DNA of 53,501 nucleotides, from positions 1 through 53,501 of the forward strand of contig JAWAYL010000004.1 of assembly GCA_038818725.1 (NCBI GenBank), read 5' to 3'. This DNA comes from Thermoplasmatota archaeon. GTDB lineage: Archaea; Thermoplasmatota; E2; UBA202; JdFR-43. The position numbers and the translations under genes were made by a program. This document shows, one piece after another, positions 10,786-23,512 of this stretch (position 1 is the first letter of the stretch; every line of letters starts with the position of its first letter). The notes below the pieces were generated by a model. That model was not told the DNA's origin. It made no database searches and was given only the letters and a program-made list of their open reading frames with translations.

Positions 10786-11193
10786 CTATATATCAAACAA
10801 TACCTTAATAACAAAGCCTTTTTTATTTCTTTTTATCTCAAGCATATGATATGCTACACCTTTTATTTCAATTCCATATCCATGCTTTTCCCTATCATAT
10901 TTTTCTCCATATGCAATTGCTTGCAATTTATTATTTATCTCTACCTTGAAGTCGCCAAAAACAAGTTTTTCAACATCATGCAAATAAATAAGTTCCGAGA
11001 GCCAATCAACTAGAAGCATTTCATCATCCCCTTCCTTTTTTATTTCAATTCTTTTTTCAATTTTCCCCTCAATTTTCCCTTTATTTGTTATTATTGAGAA
11101 CATTCCTCTTGCTGCATTCTCAAATGCTTCTTCAAGATTTTTCCCATATGCTTCTATTCCAATATCAGCGGTATGCTCAATTATTCTGTACAT
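10786..11193 (-). CDS. Archease (RtcB activator)
   Basis: EHTADIG...G.NLEEAF.NAA, DWL.ELI, IKGVAYH and C-terminal DI. Directly upstream of rtcB. Confidence 0.94.
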   Translation of the reverse strand: MYRIIEHTADIGIEAYGKNLEEAFENAARGMFSIITNKGKIEGKIEKRIEIKKEGDDEMLLVDWLSELIYLHDVEKLVFGDFKVEINNKLQAIAYGEKYDREKHGYGIEIKGVAYHMLEIKRNKKGFVIKVLFDI

Positions 11194-11221
11194 ATTTAAT
11201 AAGTGAGAAGAATTATAAATA

Positions 11222-11283
11222 TATTGGGGGAAGGTAAAAAAGAATTAAAACATGTGGAGGCTATTCTAACCCTTCCCCTCATA
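11222..11283. repeat. GC-rich inverted repeat (potential hairpin) in the archease/lhr divergent intergenic region
   Basis: GGGGAAGG (11227-11234) and CCTTCCCC (11271-11278), extendable with a wobble and a mismatch. Confidence 0.5.
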
Positions 11284-11422
11284 AATATTATAGAATTTAT
11301 TTTTAAATTTTTCGGATTTTTTGGGGTTAATAAAAAATCAAAATAAATATTGCTTACTTTTTATGCAACCAACCCTCTTGAAATAGCACTAAATTATATA
11401 AATAAGTTATCTTCTAATTATT

Positions 11423-14029
11423 GTGCTTGATGAAAGAATAATTGAAGGAATAAAAGAGCTCGGATTCAAAAAATTAACCCTGGCACAGATAAAAGCAATT
11501 CCCCATATATTGAAAGGAAGAAATTGTCTTATAATAGCTCCAACTGGTTTAGGAAAAACAGAAGCAGCGTTAATTCCAGTATTTCATTTATTAACAAGAG
11601 AAAAAAGAGAAGGAATAAGTATTCTTTATATAACCCCATTAAGAGCTCTAAATCGCGATTTGCTGAAAAGAACAATTTTATGGAGTAAAAAACTCGGAAT
11701 AAAAATATCAGTGCGCCATGGGGATACGCCAGCCAGTGAGAGAAGGGCGCAAACAATAAAGCCGCCAGATATGCTTATTACAACCCCAGAAACTATTCAA
11801 ATTCTTCTTGTGAGTAAAAAAATGAGAGAAAAAATGAGAAACGTTAAATGGGTAATAATAGATGAAGTACATGAATTGATGGATGAAAGAGGAGCACAAC
11901 TCACCGTAGCGCTTGAGAGATTGAAAGAGATTGCCAACGATTTTCAAAGAATTGCTATTTCTGCAACAGTTGGAAATCCTGAAGAAGTTGCAAAAGTTTT
12001 TTGCAGTGAAAAATATGAAATAATAAATGCGATGGAGGAAAAGAAAATTGAAATAGATGTTGAAATGCCTAATATAAATTTTGATGAGGAGGATATAAGA
12101 GTAATTATGAATAAAATTAAAGAAGAAATAGATTCTCATAGAGCAACTCTTTTATTTGTAAATACTCGTGACTCAGCGGAAGTGCTTGCATCAATGCTTT
12201 ATGAACTAGGAGCAAATATAGAAATACATCATGGTTCTCTTTCAAAAGAAGTAAGAATAGAGGCAGAGGAAAAATTTAAAAGAGGTGAGATAAAATCTCT
12301 TGTATGCACTTCCTCGCTTGAGCTTGGCATAGACATAGGGCATGCGGATTTTGTAATACAATATAATTCCCCTCGCCAGGTAAATAGAATTCTTCAGAGG
12401 GTTGGAAGAAGCGGACATGGAGTTGGTAAAATATCGAGGGGTAAAATTATTGCAACAAATAGTGAAGAATATGAAGAAGCGCTTGTAATTTCAAAAAGAG
12501 CAATTGAAAATAAAATAGAAGAATTAAAGATGAGAAAAAATCCTCTAATAGTTTTAGCAAATCAGTTAATAGCAATGGCTGTTGAATATGGCGAGCTATC
12601 TGAAGAAAAGGCTTATGAAATAATAAAGAGAGCATATCCATTTAGAGAATTAAGTAAAGAGTTGTTCAGAGATGTTTTAAATCAGTTAGCAAAGCAAGGA
12701 GTAGTAATATATAGAGATGGTTTAATAAAAAGAAGAAGAAAATCTCTATTTTATTTTATAGCAAATATATCAATGATTCATGATGAAAAAAGTTATGATG
12801 TTATAGATGCTTCTTCAAATAAAAAGATTGGAAAACTTGATGAAAGTTTTGTGAGCAATTATTGCTGCAATGGCTTCAGGTTCATAATGAAGGGAAGAGC
12901 ATGGGAAGTTGTAAATATAGAAAAAGATGTTTATGTAATACCTTCTTCAAAAACAGATATTGTTCCAGATTGGACCGGAGAAGAAATACCTGTTCCTTTT
13001 GAAATAGCAATGGAAGTTGGAAGGCTGCGCAGGCTCGTGGAAGAAGGAAAGATAAAGGATAGGATTGTTGAAGAAGAAATTGATAGGCAAAAAAGAAGCA
13101 GGTTTTTAATGCCAAATGATAGGATAATAACAATAGAGAAAGAAGGAGAGGAGGTATATATAAATACCCATTTTGGAACAAAAGTAAATGAAACTTTAAG
13201 CAGGATAATTGGAGCATTGATATCTCAAAAAAAGGGGGAATCTGTTATCACAGGGAGCGATGCGTATAGAATTTATTTTAAAAATTGCAAGATGAGAAGT
13301 GAGGAAATAAAGGAAATTATTTTAAAAATCCCTCCAAAAAGCATTGAGACTTTTATCAAAATAATTCTTAAAAATAGCTCATTTATAAAATGGGAAATGG
13401 TAAAAGTTGCAAGAAAATTTGGGTTGATTGAAAAAGATGCAAGTTATGATAAAATTTTTATTGAAAAGTTAATTGATATTTTTGAAGGAACTCCTTTTAT
13501 GAAAGAAGTTATAGATAAAACCATATGGGATAGAATGGATATAGAAAATACTGAAAAGGCTATTGAAATGATAAGAAAAGGAGAAATAAAGTTAGTTATT
13601 CAGAATATATCTCCAATTACAATGTATAGCAAAATAGGAAGAGAAGGATTTATAAAACCGTCAATTGATAAGTCAATCATTGAAGCATTAAGAAAAAGAC
13701 TTGAAGAAACAAGAATAAAAATTTTTTGTATTAATTGCTCAAACTCTTTTGAAACAAGAGTTTATCGCTCTCCAACAACTTGTCCAAAATGCTCATCAAA
13801 AATGATCGCGGTATTAAAAAGAGATTTAAAAGATAAGAAATCTCTAATTAAGAATGCTTCACTTGTTGCTGAATATGGAAAAAAAGCAATTCTTGTGATG
13901 GCTGGCTATGGAATAGGCGCTGATACAGCAGCGAGAATACTCGCCCTGCAAAAAGATGGGGATGAGTTACTTAAAGAAATATTAAAAGCGGAAATTACAT
14001 ATGCAAGAACAAAAAAGTTCTGGGCATAA
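11423..14029 (+). CDS. lhr: Lhr-family SF2 helicase with C-terminal Cys-rich zinc ribbon
   Basis: APTGLGKT, TPETI, DEVH, SAT, HHGSL, SSLELGID and QRVGRSGH; CINC...CPKC near the C-terminus. GTG start. Confidence 0.93.
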   Translation: MLDERIIEGIKELGFKKLTLAQIKAIPHILKGRNCLIIAPTGLGKTEAALIPVFHLLTREKREGISILYITPLRALNRDLLKRTILWSKKLGIKISVRHGDTPASERRAQTIKPPDMLITTPETIQILLVSKKMREKMRNVKWVIIDEVHELMDERGAQLTVALERLKEIANDFQRIAISATVGNPEEVAKVFCSEKYEIINAMEEKKIEIDVEMPNINFDEEDIRVIMNKIKEEIDSHRATLLFVNTRDSAEVLASMLYELGANIEIHHGSLSKEVRIEAEEKFKRGEIKSLVCTSSLELGIDIGHADFVIQYNSPRQVNRILQRVGRSGHGVGKISRGKIIATNSEEYEEALVISKRAIENKIEELKMRKNPLIVLANQLIAMAVEYGELSEEKAYEIIKRAYPFRELSKELFRDVLNQLAKQGVVIYRDGLIKRRRKSLFYFIANISMIHDEKSYDVIDASSNKKIGKLDESFVSNYCCNGFRFIMKGRAWEVVNIEKDVYVIPSSKTDIVPDWTGEEIPVPFEIAMEVGRLRRLVEEGKIKDRIVEEEIDRQKRSRFLMPNDRIITIEKEGEEVYINTHFGTKVNETLSRIIGALISQKKGESVITGSDAYRIYFKNCKMRSEEIKEIILKIPPKSIETFIKIILKNSSFIKWEMVKVARKFGLIEKDASYDKIFIEKLIDIFEGTPFMKEVIDKTIWDRMDIENTEKAIEMIRKGEIKLVIQNISPITMYSKIGREGFIKPSIDKSIIEALRKRLEETRIKIFCINCSNSFETRVYRSPTTCPKCSSKMIAVLKRDLKDKKSLIKNASLVAEYGKKAILVMAGYGIGADTAARILALQKDGDELLKEILKAEITYARTKKFWA

Positions 14030-14058
14030 ACATTTATAAGCATAATTGTTTTAATTTT

Positions 14059-16122
14059 GTGGCTATAATAAATTTAGAAAGTCTAATCGAGAAATGGGAA
14101 AGATTTTTTTATGATTACTATAAAGAAGAAATTGAGGAAGCATCTCTTCACTATCCAGAAAAGAAAAGCTTATTTCTCGATTACTGGCGGCTTGATAAAT
14201 ACGAGCCAGAACTCGCTGAATATTTACTCGAAAATCCTTATCGAAGCATTTATTGTGCAGAAGAAGCTCTGAGTAGGATTGATATAATAGATGATGCAAA
14301 ACTCCATTTCAGAGTGAAAAATCTTCCAGAAACAAAAAAAATAGAAATAAGAAATTTAAGAGCTCAACATCTTGGAAAATTTATATCTGTTGACGGACTT
14401 GTTAAAAAAGTTACTGAAGTAAGACCAAAACTTGAGGATGCGGTTTTTCAATGCCAGAAATGTGGAGCGATAATAAAAGTTCCACAGGAAGAAAATATTG
14501 TTATTGAGCCATTAGAATGCTACAAAGACCAAGGAGGATGTGGAAGAAAATCATCTTTTAAGCTTTTAACTGAAAAATCTCGCTTTATTGATGCTCAAAA
14601 AATAGAGCTCCAGGAAAGCCCAGAAGGGCTTAGAGGAGGCGCCCAGCCAATGAGGCTTGTTGTATATCTTGATGATGATCTAGTTGGACAGATTGTTCCT
14701 GGGGATAGAATAAGTGTAAATGGTATTTTAAGGGTGCAGGCAAGGAGAAGCGGTAGGATAAAATTTTCTGAGTTTAATAGAGTTATGGATGCAAATAGCA
14801 TCGAAATTAAGGAACAGGCATTTGAGGAAATTCAGATAAGTGAAGAAGATGAAAAGCGTATAGAAGAGGTGAGTAAAGATCCGCTCCTTGTGCCAAAAAT
14901 AGTCGCATCTATTGCTCCGACAATTTATAGTTTAGAAATGGAAAAAGAAGCATTAGCTTTGCAGCTGTTTGGAGGAGTTCCAAAAATAATGCCCGATGGA
15001 ACAAGAATAAGAGGAGATATCCATATTTTGCTTGTTGGCGATCCCGGCACCGCAAAAAGCCAGCTGTTGCGATATATTTCAGAACTTGCTCCTCGTAGCA
15101 TCTATACTTCTGGAAAATCAAGCAGTGCAGCTGGACTCACTGCAAGTGCTGTAAAAAGCGATGAATTTGGTGAAGGAAACTGGACACTTGAGGCGGGGGC
15201 TCTTGTGTTAGCTGATTTAGGTATAGCTTGTGTTGATGAACTTGATAAAATGTCTCCAAAAGATAGAGAAGCTTTACATCAGGCGATGGAACAGCAGGAA
15301 ATAAGTGTTGCAAAAGCAGGTATAAATGCAACATTAAAGGCGAGGTGTGCCTTACTGGGCGCCGCCAATCCAAAACTTGGAAGATTTGATGAGGCAATTC
15401 CTATTGCTGATCAAATAAACATTCCTCCAACCCTTCTTTCAAGATTCGATTTAATTTTTCCTCTAACTGATAAGCCAGATAAAATAAGAGATGAGGAAAT
15501 GGCAACTCATATATTAGAAGCGCATAAATATGGGGAAAGATTGCAAAAGGAAAAAAATCTGGAAATAGAGAAAATGAAACCATTTTTTGAGCCAGAATTT
15601 CTGCGAAAATATGTTGCATATGCAAAAAGAAATGTGTTTCCAGAAATGACTGTTGAGGCAATGGAAAAAATTAAAAAATATTATGTAGAAATGAGGGCAA
15701 AATCAAGAGAAATAATACCATTCACTCCTCGCCAGCTCGAGGCATTTATAAGAATAGCTGAGGCATCTGCAAGGATGCGTCTCTCAAATGTTGTAACTGA
15801 AGAAGATGCAGAAAGAGCAATAAGAATTGTGGAATATTTCCTTACAAAAGTAGGGCTTGAAAAAGAATTTGAAATGTTTAATATTGATAGAATTGCAACA
15901 GGCATATCGAAAAGCCAGAAGGATAAAATGGTTATTCTTACAGAAATAATAAGGGATATATGTAGGGAAAGTGGTTCATCTGCGAGTGTTGAAGAGATAG
16001 TTGCGAGAGCAGTTGAATATGGGATGGATAGAGAAACGGTTGAAAGTTTAATTGCAAAAATGAGGAGGGAAGGAATAATATATGAGCCAAAAAATGGGAG
16101 ATATAGGGTCACAAATGAATAA
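14059..16122 (+). CDS. mcm: Replicative helicase MCM
   Basis: Zinc finger, Walker A GDPGTAKS, Walker B CVDELDKM, LLSRFDL arginine finger and a winged-helix tail. No intein. GTG start. Confidence 0.97.
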   Translation: MAIINLESLIEKWERFFYDYYKEEIEEASLHYPEKKSLFLDYWRLDKYEPELAEYLLENPYRSIYCAEEALSRIDIIDDAKLHFRVKNLPETKKIEIRNLRAQHLGKFISVDGLVKKVTEVRPKLEDAVFQCQKCGAIIKVPQEENIVIEPLECYKDQGGCGRKSSFKLLTEKSRFIDAQKIELQESPEGLRGGAQPMRLVVYLDDDLVGQIVPGDRISVNGILRVQARRSGRIKFSEFNRVMDANSIEIKEQAFEEIQISEEDEKRIEEVSKDPLLVPKIVASIAPTIYSLEMEKEALALQLFGGVPKIMPDGTRIRGDIHILLVGDPGTAKSQLLRYISELAPRSIYTSGKSSSAAGLTASAVKSDEFGEGNWTLEAGALVLADLGIACVDELDKMSPKDREALHQAMEQQEISVAKAGINATLKARCALLGAANPKLGRFDEAIPIADQINIPPTLLSRFDLIFPLTDKPDKIRDEEMATHILEAHKYGERLQKEKNLEIEKMKPFFEPEFLRKYVAYAKRNVFPEMTVEAMEKIKKYYVEMRAKSREIIPFTPRQLEAFIRIAEASARMRLSNVVTEEDAERAIRIVEYFLTKVGLEKEFEMFNIDRIATGISKSQKDKMVILTEIIRDICRESGSSASVEEIVARAVEYGMDRETVESLIAKMRREGIIYEPKNGRYRVTNE

Positions 16123-16414
16123 TATTTCCATGAAAATATATAGAGTAGGAAATGATGTTCTTGTTGCTGCATGTGACACTGAACTTTTAGGAAAAACTCT
16201 CAGAGATAATGATATAGAATTCAAAGTCTCTGAAAAGTTTTACAAAGATATTATAGGAGATGAAGAGCTATTAAAGAAAAATTTAAGTTTGGCTACAATA
16301 GGAAATCTTGTAGGGGAAAGGTGTGTAAAATGTGCTATTGAAATGGGTCTTGTTGAACCAGAAAATATTATAAGGATTAATGGTATTCCTCATGCTCAAT
16401 TTGTTGTAATTTAA
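16115..16414 (+). CDS. DUF424-family protein
   Basis: VAACD.ELLGK, FY.....D, ATIGNLVGE.CV.CA...G and I.I.GIPHAQ. Start is 16115 or 16130 rather than 16082. Confidence 0.85.
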   Translation: MNNISMKIYRVGNDVLVAACDTELLGKTLRDNDIEFKVSEKFYKDIIGDEELLKKNLSLATIGNLVGERCVKCAIEMGLVEPENIIRINGIPHAQFVVI

Positions 16415-16415
16415 G

Positions 16416-17360
16416 ATGTTCTGCGTTGAATGTGGTAAGGAAGGAAAGACATACAATGGCTTGTGTCTTGATTGCTATTTGAAAAAAGAGTTGATAAGAA
16501 TACCTGATGAGGTAAAAATAACCTTTTGTAAGGGATGCGATGCTTACAAAATAAAGGATAAATGGCTTAGAGGAAATTTCAATGAAGATTTGGAAGATTA
16601 TATAAGAAAGAACATAGAAGCAAATATATTTTTTGAAATTGAATTGGAGGATAATTTAGTGATATGCAGGGGTTTTTTTGAAGGAAAAGAAATTTTGAAA
16701 GAAAAGGAAATAAAGATAAAAATAAAAGAAGGTTTATGCAATCAGTGCTCTTTATTTAGAGGAGGCTATTATGAGGCAGTTTTACAGATAAGGGGGGCTG
16801 ATGAAAAAGAGAAAAAAATTATAGATGAATTTATTAAAAGAAATGTTGAGACTAAAAAAACATTTATATCAAAAAAATTAAGGGTAAGAGGAGGTATAGA
16901 TTATTATATAGGAAATAAGAAAGTTGCATCGAATATAGCAAAGGAATTAAAGGAAGAATTTAATGCAGAATATATTTTTTCATCCTCTCTTTTTGGAGTA
17001 AAAAACGGAAAGAGGGTTTATAGAGATACACATCTTATAAGATTGCCGGAATATAAAGTAAATGATTTCATAAATTTTGAGGGCAATTTATATAGAATAG
17101 TCTCAATAGGTAAAAGAATAGAAATTGAGGGAATAAATGGAGAAAAAAGAATAATATATAGAAATGAAATAAGATTTGCTAATAAAGTCGATGTAAATAA
17201 AAGAAAAGGTATATTAGTGCATGAAGATGAAAATGGCATTTATGTAATGGATGAGAAAACTTATAGAACAATTTTCTTTAATAAACCAAAAAATTGGGAA
17301 AAAGGAAAAGAAATAAAAATATTTGAATGGGAAGGAAATTTCTATTTGTTGATAGAATGA
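16416..17360 (+). CDS. nmd3: NMD3-family ribosome biogenesis protein
   Basis: FCVECG...CLDC, CKGC, CNQC...GYYEAVLQIRG, G.DYY.G and G.RVYR motifs. Confidence 0.9.
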   Translation: MFCVECGKEGKTYNGLCLDCYLKKELIRIPDEVKITFCKGCDAYKIKDKWLRGNFNEDLEDYIRKNIEANIFFEIELEDNLVICRGFFEGKEILKEKEIKIKIKEGLCNQCSLFRGGYYEAVLQIRGADEKEKKIIDEFIKRNVETKKTFISKKLRVRGGIDYYIGNKKVASNIAKELKEEFNAEYIFSSSLFGVKNGKRVYRDTHLIRLPEYKVNDFINFEGNLYRIVSIGKRIEIEGINGEKRIIYRNEIRFANKVDVNKRKGILVHEDENGIYVMDEKTYRTIFFNKPKNWEKGKEIKIFEWEGNFYLLIE

Positions 17361-17992
17361 AAGTGATATCATTTGATTTAGATGGAACACTTGTATCAAC
17401 AGATTATGTAGATGCAGTATGGCTTGAAAAGATTCCCCAGATATATTCTAATAGGTATGGCATTTCATTTCAAGAAGCAAGAGAATATGTTGAGAAAGAA
17501 TATTTAAAAGTTGGTCCTGAAGCACTAGAATGGTATGACCTCGATTATTGGATAAAAAAATTTAATTTGGGCATTAAATCAGAGGATATTCTTAAAAGTT
17601 GCGTAGAAAAATTATATCTCTATCCAGATGCCTCCACAATTCTTAAAAAATTTAGCAAAAAATATGAATTAATAATGATTTCAAATGCATCACGCCAGTT
17701 TATAGAAGTAGAGACAAGTTTTCTTGGAATTAAAAAATATTTCCGAAGAATATTTTCATCAGTTAGTGATTTCAAAAAAACAAAAAAAGACGAAGAAGTT
17801 TATAAAAAAGTATGCAATATTTTAGGTAAAAATAGCAACGAAATATTTCATGTCGGCGATAACTACGAATTTGATTATATTGTTCCATCAAAAGTTGGTA
17901 TAAAAGCATTTTATCTTGATAGAAAAGAAAACATGGATGGGGAGAATGTAATTAAAAATCTTTTAGAGTTGGAAGAAAAAATAAATTTTTAA
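17357..17992 (+). CDS. HAD-superfamily hydrolase
   Basis: FDLDGTL, ISNA, K and VGDN motifs. ATG 17357 overlaps the nmd3 stop. Confidence 0.88.
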   Translation: MKVISFDLDGTLVSTDYVDAVWLEKIPQIYSNRYGISFQEAREYVEKEYLKVGPEALEWYDLDYWIKKFNLGIKSEDILKSCVEKLYLYPDASTILKKFSKKYELIMISNASRQFIEVETSFLGIKKYFRRIFSSVSDFKKTKKDEEVYKKVCNILGKNSNEIFHVGDNYEFDYIVPSKVGIKAFYLDRKENMDGENVIKNLLELEEKINF

Positions 17993-18007
17993 AACATATT
18001 ATTAACT

Positions 18008-20679
<2,672 letters not shown>

Positions 20680-20715
20680 TAGATGGTAATATTATCTATA
20701 ATAAAAATTTTTGGA

Positions 20716-20788
20716 TGGGCCCGCCCGGATTTGAACCGGAGTCTCTGGCTCCCAAGGCCAAAAGGATACCAGGCTACCCCACGGGCCC
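20716..20788 (-). tRNA. tRNA-Pro (UGG), intron-less, CCA not encoded
   Basis: Minus strand GGGCCCGTGGGGTAGCCTGGTATCCTTTTGGCCTTGGGAGCCAGAGACTCCGGTTCAAATCCGGGCGGGCCCA. Acceptor stem GGGCCCG/CGGGCCC, anticodon loop CT-TGG-GA, T-loop GGTTCAAATCC. Confidence 0.95.
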
Positions 20789-20831
20789 ATAAAAATCGTA
20801 AATTAAAAAAGGATATAAAACTTTTCTATTC

Positions 20832-21488
20832 ATGAAAAAAATTGCCGCATATCTCGTGTTACTCTTTACCCTCTTCATTATATATTCTTCTGTAGCAATG
20901 AGTTTATTTTTTAATTCAGGTTTTGAAATTTCTTCTTACACTTTGATTTTTGGTTTAATTTTCAATTTTTTAATAATGTTTATTCCATCTCTCCTTTTCG
21001 TTTATCTATATTATGAAGGAAATATCATGAAAAATCTTTATTTCAGAAAAGAAGAGGCCATAAAGTCTATATTTTTTGGATTTTTAGCAACATTAATTTT
21101 TATCTTTATCCAAGGAATGATATTAATAATTACGGGTTATGAGGAAAGCAACCCGCTGGCGGAAAAAATTGTTGAAATCGTAAGAGGAAATTTATTTCTT
21201 TTATTTTTTATACCACTTATATCATCTATAAGTGAGGAAACTTTTTATAGAGGAGTAATTCAAAATTTACTCGAGCAAAAGTTGGGCATTTATTCGATTT
21301 TTCTAACATCTATAATTTTTGCAGTCGCACATCTTGAATATAAAACAGTTTTTCAAATTTTGATGCCTTTCTTTTCTGGAATTCTTCTGGGTTTTTTAAT
21401 GTATAAATTTAAAAACATTTTTGCACCAATATCAGCTCATTTCTTTTATAATTTTTTTAGCTTGTTTTTTAGCGTTTTTTATGGATAA
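20832..21488 (+). CDS. CPBP/Abi (CAAX-like) intramembrane metalloprotease
   Basis: Multi-TM protein with SEETFYRG, FAVAH and AHFFYN motifs. Confidence 0.9.
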   Translation: MKKIAAYLVLLFTLFIIYSSVAMSLFFNSGFEISSYTLIFGLIFNFLIMFIPSLLFVYLYYEGNIMKNLYFRKEEAIKSIFFGFLATLIFIFIQGMILIITGYEESNPLAEKIVEIVRGNLFLLFFIPLISSISEETFYRGVIQNLLEQKLGIYSIFLTSIIFAVAHLEYKTVFQILMPFFSGILLGFLMYKFKNIFAPISAHFFYNFFSLFFSVFYG

Positions 21489-21536
21489 ATGTAAATCATT
21501 TTCATTAACTTTATTTATCCAAAAATAATTAAAGAT

Positions 21537-22676
21537 GTGCATCCAAGTGAGAGAATAAAAGGAGAAAAGAGCAAAAAATTATGGAATAAAAAAATTGCCT
21601 TCGGAATCACTGGTAGCATTGCTGCTATTGAATGTGTAAAAATAGCCCACGAGCTTATAAGGCATGGAGCAAATGTTTTTCCAATAATGACAAAAGATGC
21701 TTGCAATATATTGCACCCTGAAGCAATGAAATACGCAACAGGAAATGATGCAATAGTTGAATTGACAGGAAATGTAGAACATGTCTCTCTTGACGCTGAC
21801 TTACTTCTGATTGCTCCATGCACAGCAAACACAATTTCCAAAATTGCAAATGGCATCGCAGATAATGCCCTTACTACTTTTGCTCTTACTTTCGAGAATA
21901 AAATTTTAATTGCCCCTGCAATGCATGAAAAAATGTTTAAAAATAAATTTATTGAGGAAAATATAAGAAAATGCATTGAAAGAGGAATTAAATTTATTTT
22001 CCCTAAAATTGAGGAAGGAAAAGCAAAGATGGCAGGCAATGAAGAAATAGTTGAAACAGTTATAAGAGAGTTAAGAGGAAAAGATAAAGAAGGGAAAAAA
22101 GTACTTGTTATAGGCGGCTCAACATATGAGCCCATAGATGATGTAAGGGTTTTAACAAACCTTTCTTCTGGAAAAATGGCGAGAGCAATTTCAATAGAAG
22201 CATATGAAAGAGGGGCAAATGTTGAAACATGGTTTGGTGGAATAAGTAGCTTCCCTTTTATTCCAAATAAAAGTTTTTTTACAATAAAAGATTTAATAAA
22301 TCTTATTAAAAAAGCAAAAAAATATGATGCAATCATAAATTGTGCAGCAATTTCAGATTTCATTGTAAAAAAAAGAAAAGGAAAAATAGAGAGTGGAAAA
22401 AAATTTAGTATTTCTCTTAATCCTTCTCCAAGAATAAATCCGATGCTTAAGAAAATAGGTAAAGTTGTTATTGGTTTCAAGCTAGAAGATAAAAATATTT
22501 TTGAAAGAGCGCATAAAAGGCTTTTAGAAGACGAGATAGATTATATAATAGGAAATAAAATTAATAGTATAGGAAAAGATTATACGGAGATATGGATAAT
22601 AGGAGAAAAAGGATTAATTGAAAAAGTCAAAGGTAAAAAAGAAGAAATTGCCAAAAATATTGTTGATTTAATATGA
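21537..22676 (+). CDS. coaBC: Bifunctional phosphopantothenoylcysteine decarboxylase/synthase
   Basis: GITGSIAA, HV, APCTANT.SKIA.GIAD, APAMH, GSTYEPIDDVRV.TN.SSGKM and AAISDF. GTG start. Confidence 0.94.
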   Translation: MHPSERIKGEKSKKLWNKKIAFGITGSIAAIECVKIAHELIRHGANVFPIMTKDACNILHPEAMKYATGNDAIVELTGNVEHVSLDADLLLIAPCTANTISKIANGIADNALTTFALTFENKILIAPAMHEKMFKNKFIEENIRKCIERGIKFIFPKIEEGKAKMAGNEEIVETVIRELRGKDKEGKKVLVIGGSTYEPIDDVRVLTNLSSGKMARAISIEAYERGANVETWFGGISSFPFIPNKSFFTIKDLINLIKKAKKYDAIINCAAISDFIVKKRKGKIESGKKFSISLNPSPRINPMLKKIGKVVIGFKLEDKNIFERAHKRLLEDEIDYIIGNKINSIGKDYTEIWIIGEKGLIEKVKGKKEEIAKNIVDLI

Positions 22677-23512
22677 AAGTAATTGCTTTTGCCCCTGCCC
22701 ACATAACAGGTTTTTTTGAAATATTTTTAAAAGAAAATAGTGAAGAAAGTGGTTCAAGAGGAGCAGGATTTTGCCTCTCTCTTGGTAGCTATGCATCAGC
22801 TGAAAAAATTGATAAAAAAAATATAGTAATTGAAGGGAATATTGGAAATGGTGAAGTTACGAAAGTTGCTTTAAAAAAAATTGCAGAAGGAGTGAAGGTG
22901 AGAGTTAAAAATCAACTCCCTTTTTCTCAAGGGTTTGGCATCAGTGCAAGCTCAACACTTTCATCTTGCCTTGCGGCTTCTAAGCTTTTAAAAATTGATC
23001 CATCAAAAGCAATAAAGGCGGCGCATGCGGCTGAAGTAGAAAGTAGAACTGGTCTTGGAGATGTGGTTGCCTCCTCAATTGGAGGAATGGAAATTAGGTT
23101 GAAAGAGGGAGTAAATGGGGTAATAAAGAAGATTGATTTGCATAAGAAAATAATTGTTGCTGTTATTGGTAAAAAAATTCATACAAAAAACATAATAGGA
23201 GACGAAAATAGGAGAGATATTATAAATGATGTTGGAAGAGAATGTTTAAAAAAATTTGTCAGCAAGCCAACTATAGAGAACTTTTTTGATTTGTCTTTTT
23301 ATTTTGCTGAAAATAGCGGGCTTGTAAGTGAAAAAATGAGAAGAATTTTAAAATATGCAAACATAATAGGAAAAGCATCGATGTGCATGATTGGAAATTC
23401 TGTTTTTGCAATTTACAATAGGAAGATTGAAAAATTTCTCTCAAAATATGAAAAATATGTTTGCAATATAGATAATTATGGAGCAAGAATATTAACAACC
23501 TTTTTCCCTTAA
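22673..23512 (+). CDS. pok: Pantoate kinase (archaeal GHMP family)
   Basis: AFAPAHITGFF, GSRGAG, P.SQGFG.SA, AH.AEV...TGLGDV and MIGNSVF. Coupled to coaBC. Confidence 0.9.
   Translation: MKVIAFAPAHITGFFEIFLKENSEESGSRGAGFCLSLGSYASAEKIDKKNIVIEGNIGNGEVTKVALKKIAEGVKVRVKNQLPFSQGFGISASSTLSSCLAASKLLKIDPSKAIKAAHAAEVESRTGLGDVVASSIGGMEIRLKEGVNGVIKKIDLHKKIIVAVIGKKIHTKNIIGDENRRDIINDVGRECLKKFVSKPTIENFFDLSFYFAENSGLVSEKMRRILKYANIIGKASMCMIGNSVFAIYNRKIEKFLSKYEKYVCNIDNYGARILTTFFP

Noticed and set aside
20712-20716. CCA one base beyond the tRNA-Pro discriminator (A-T-CCA), and a possible integration site at the tRNA
   Set aside because: It is offset by one nucleotide, so it is not an encoded CCA. No duplicated tRNA 3' end (att site) or integrase was seen in the window.
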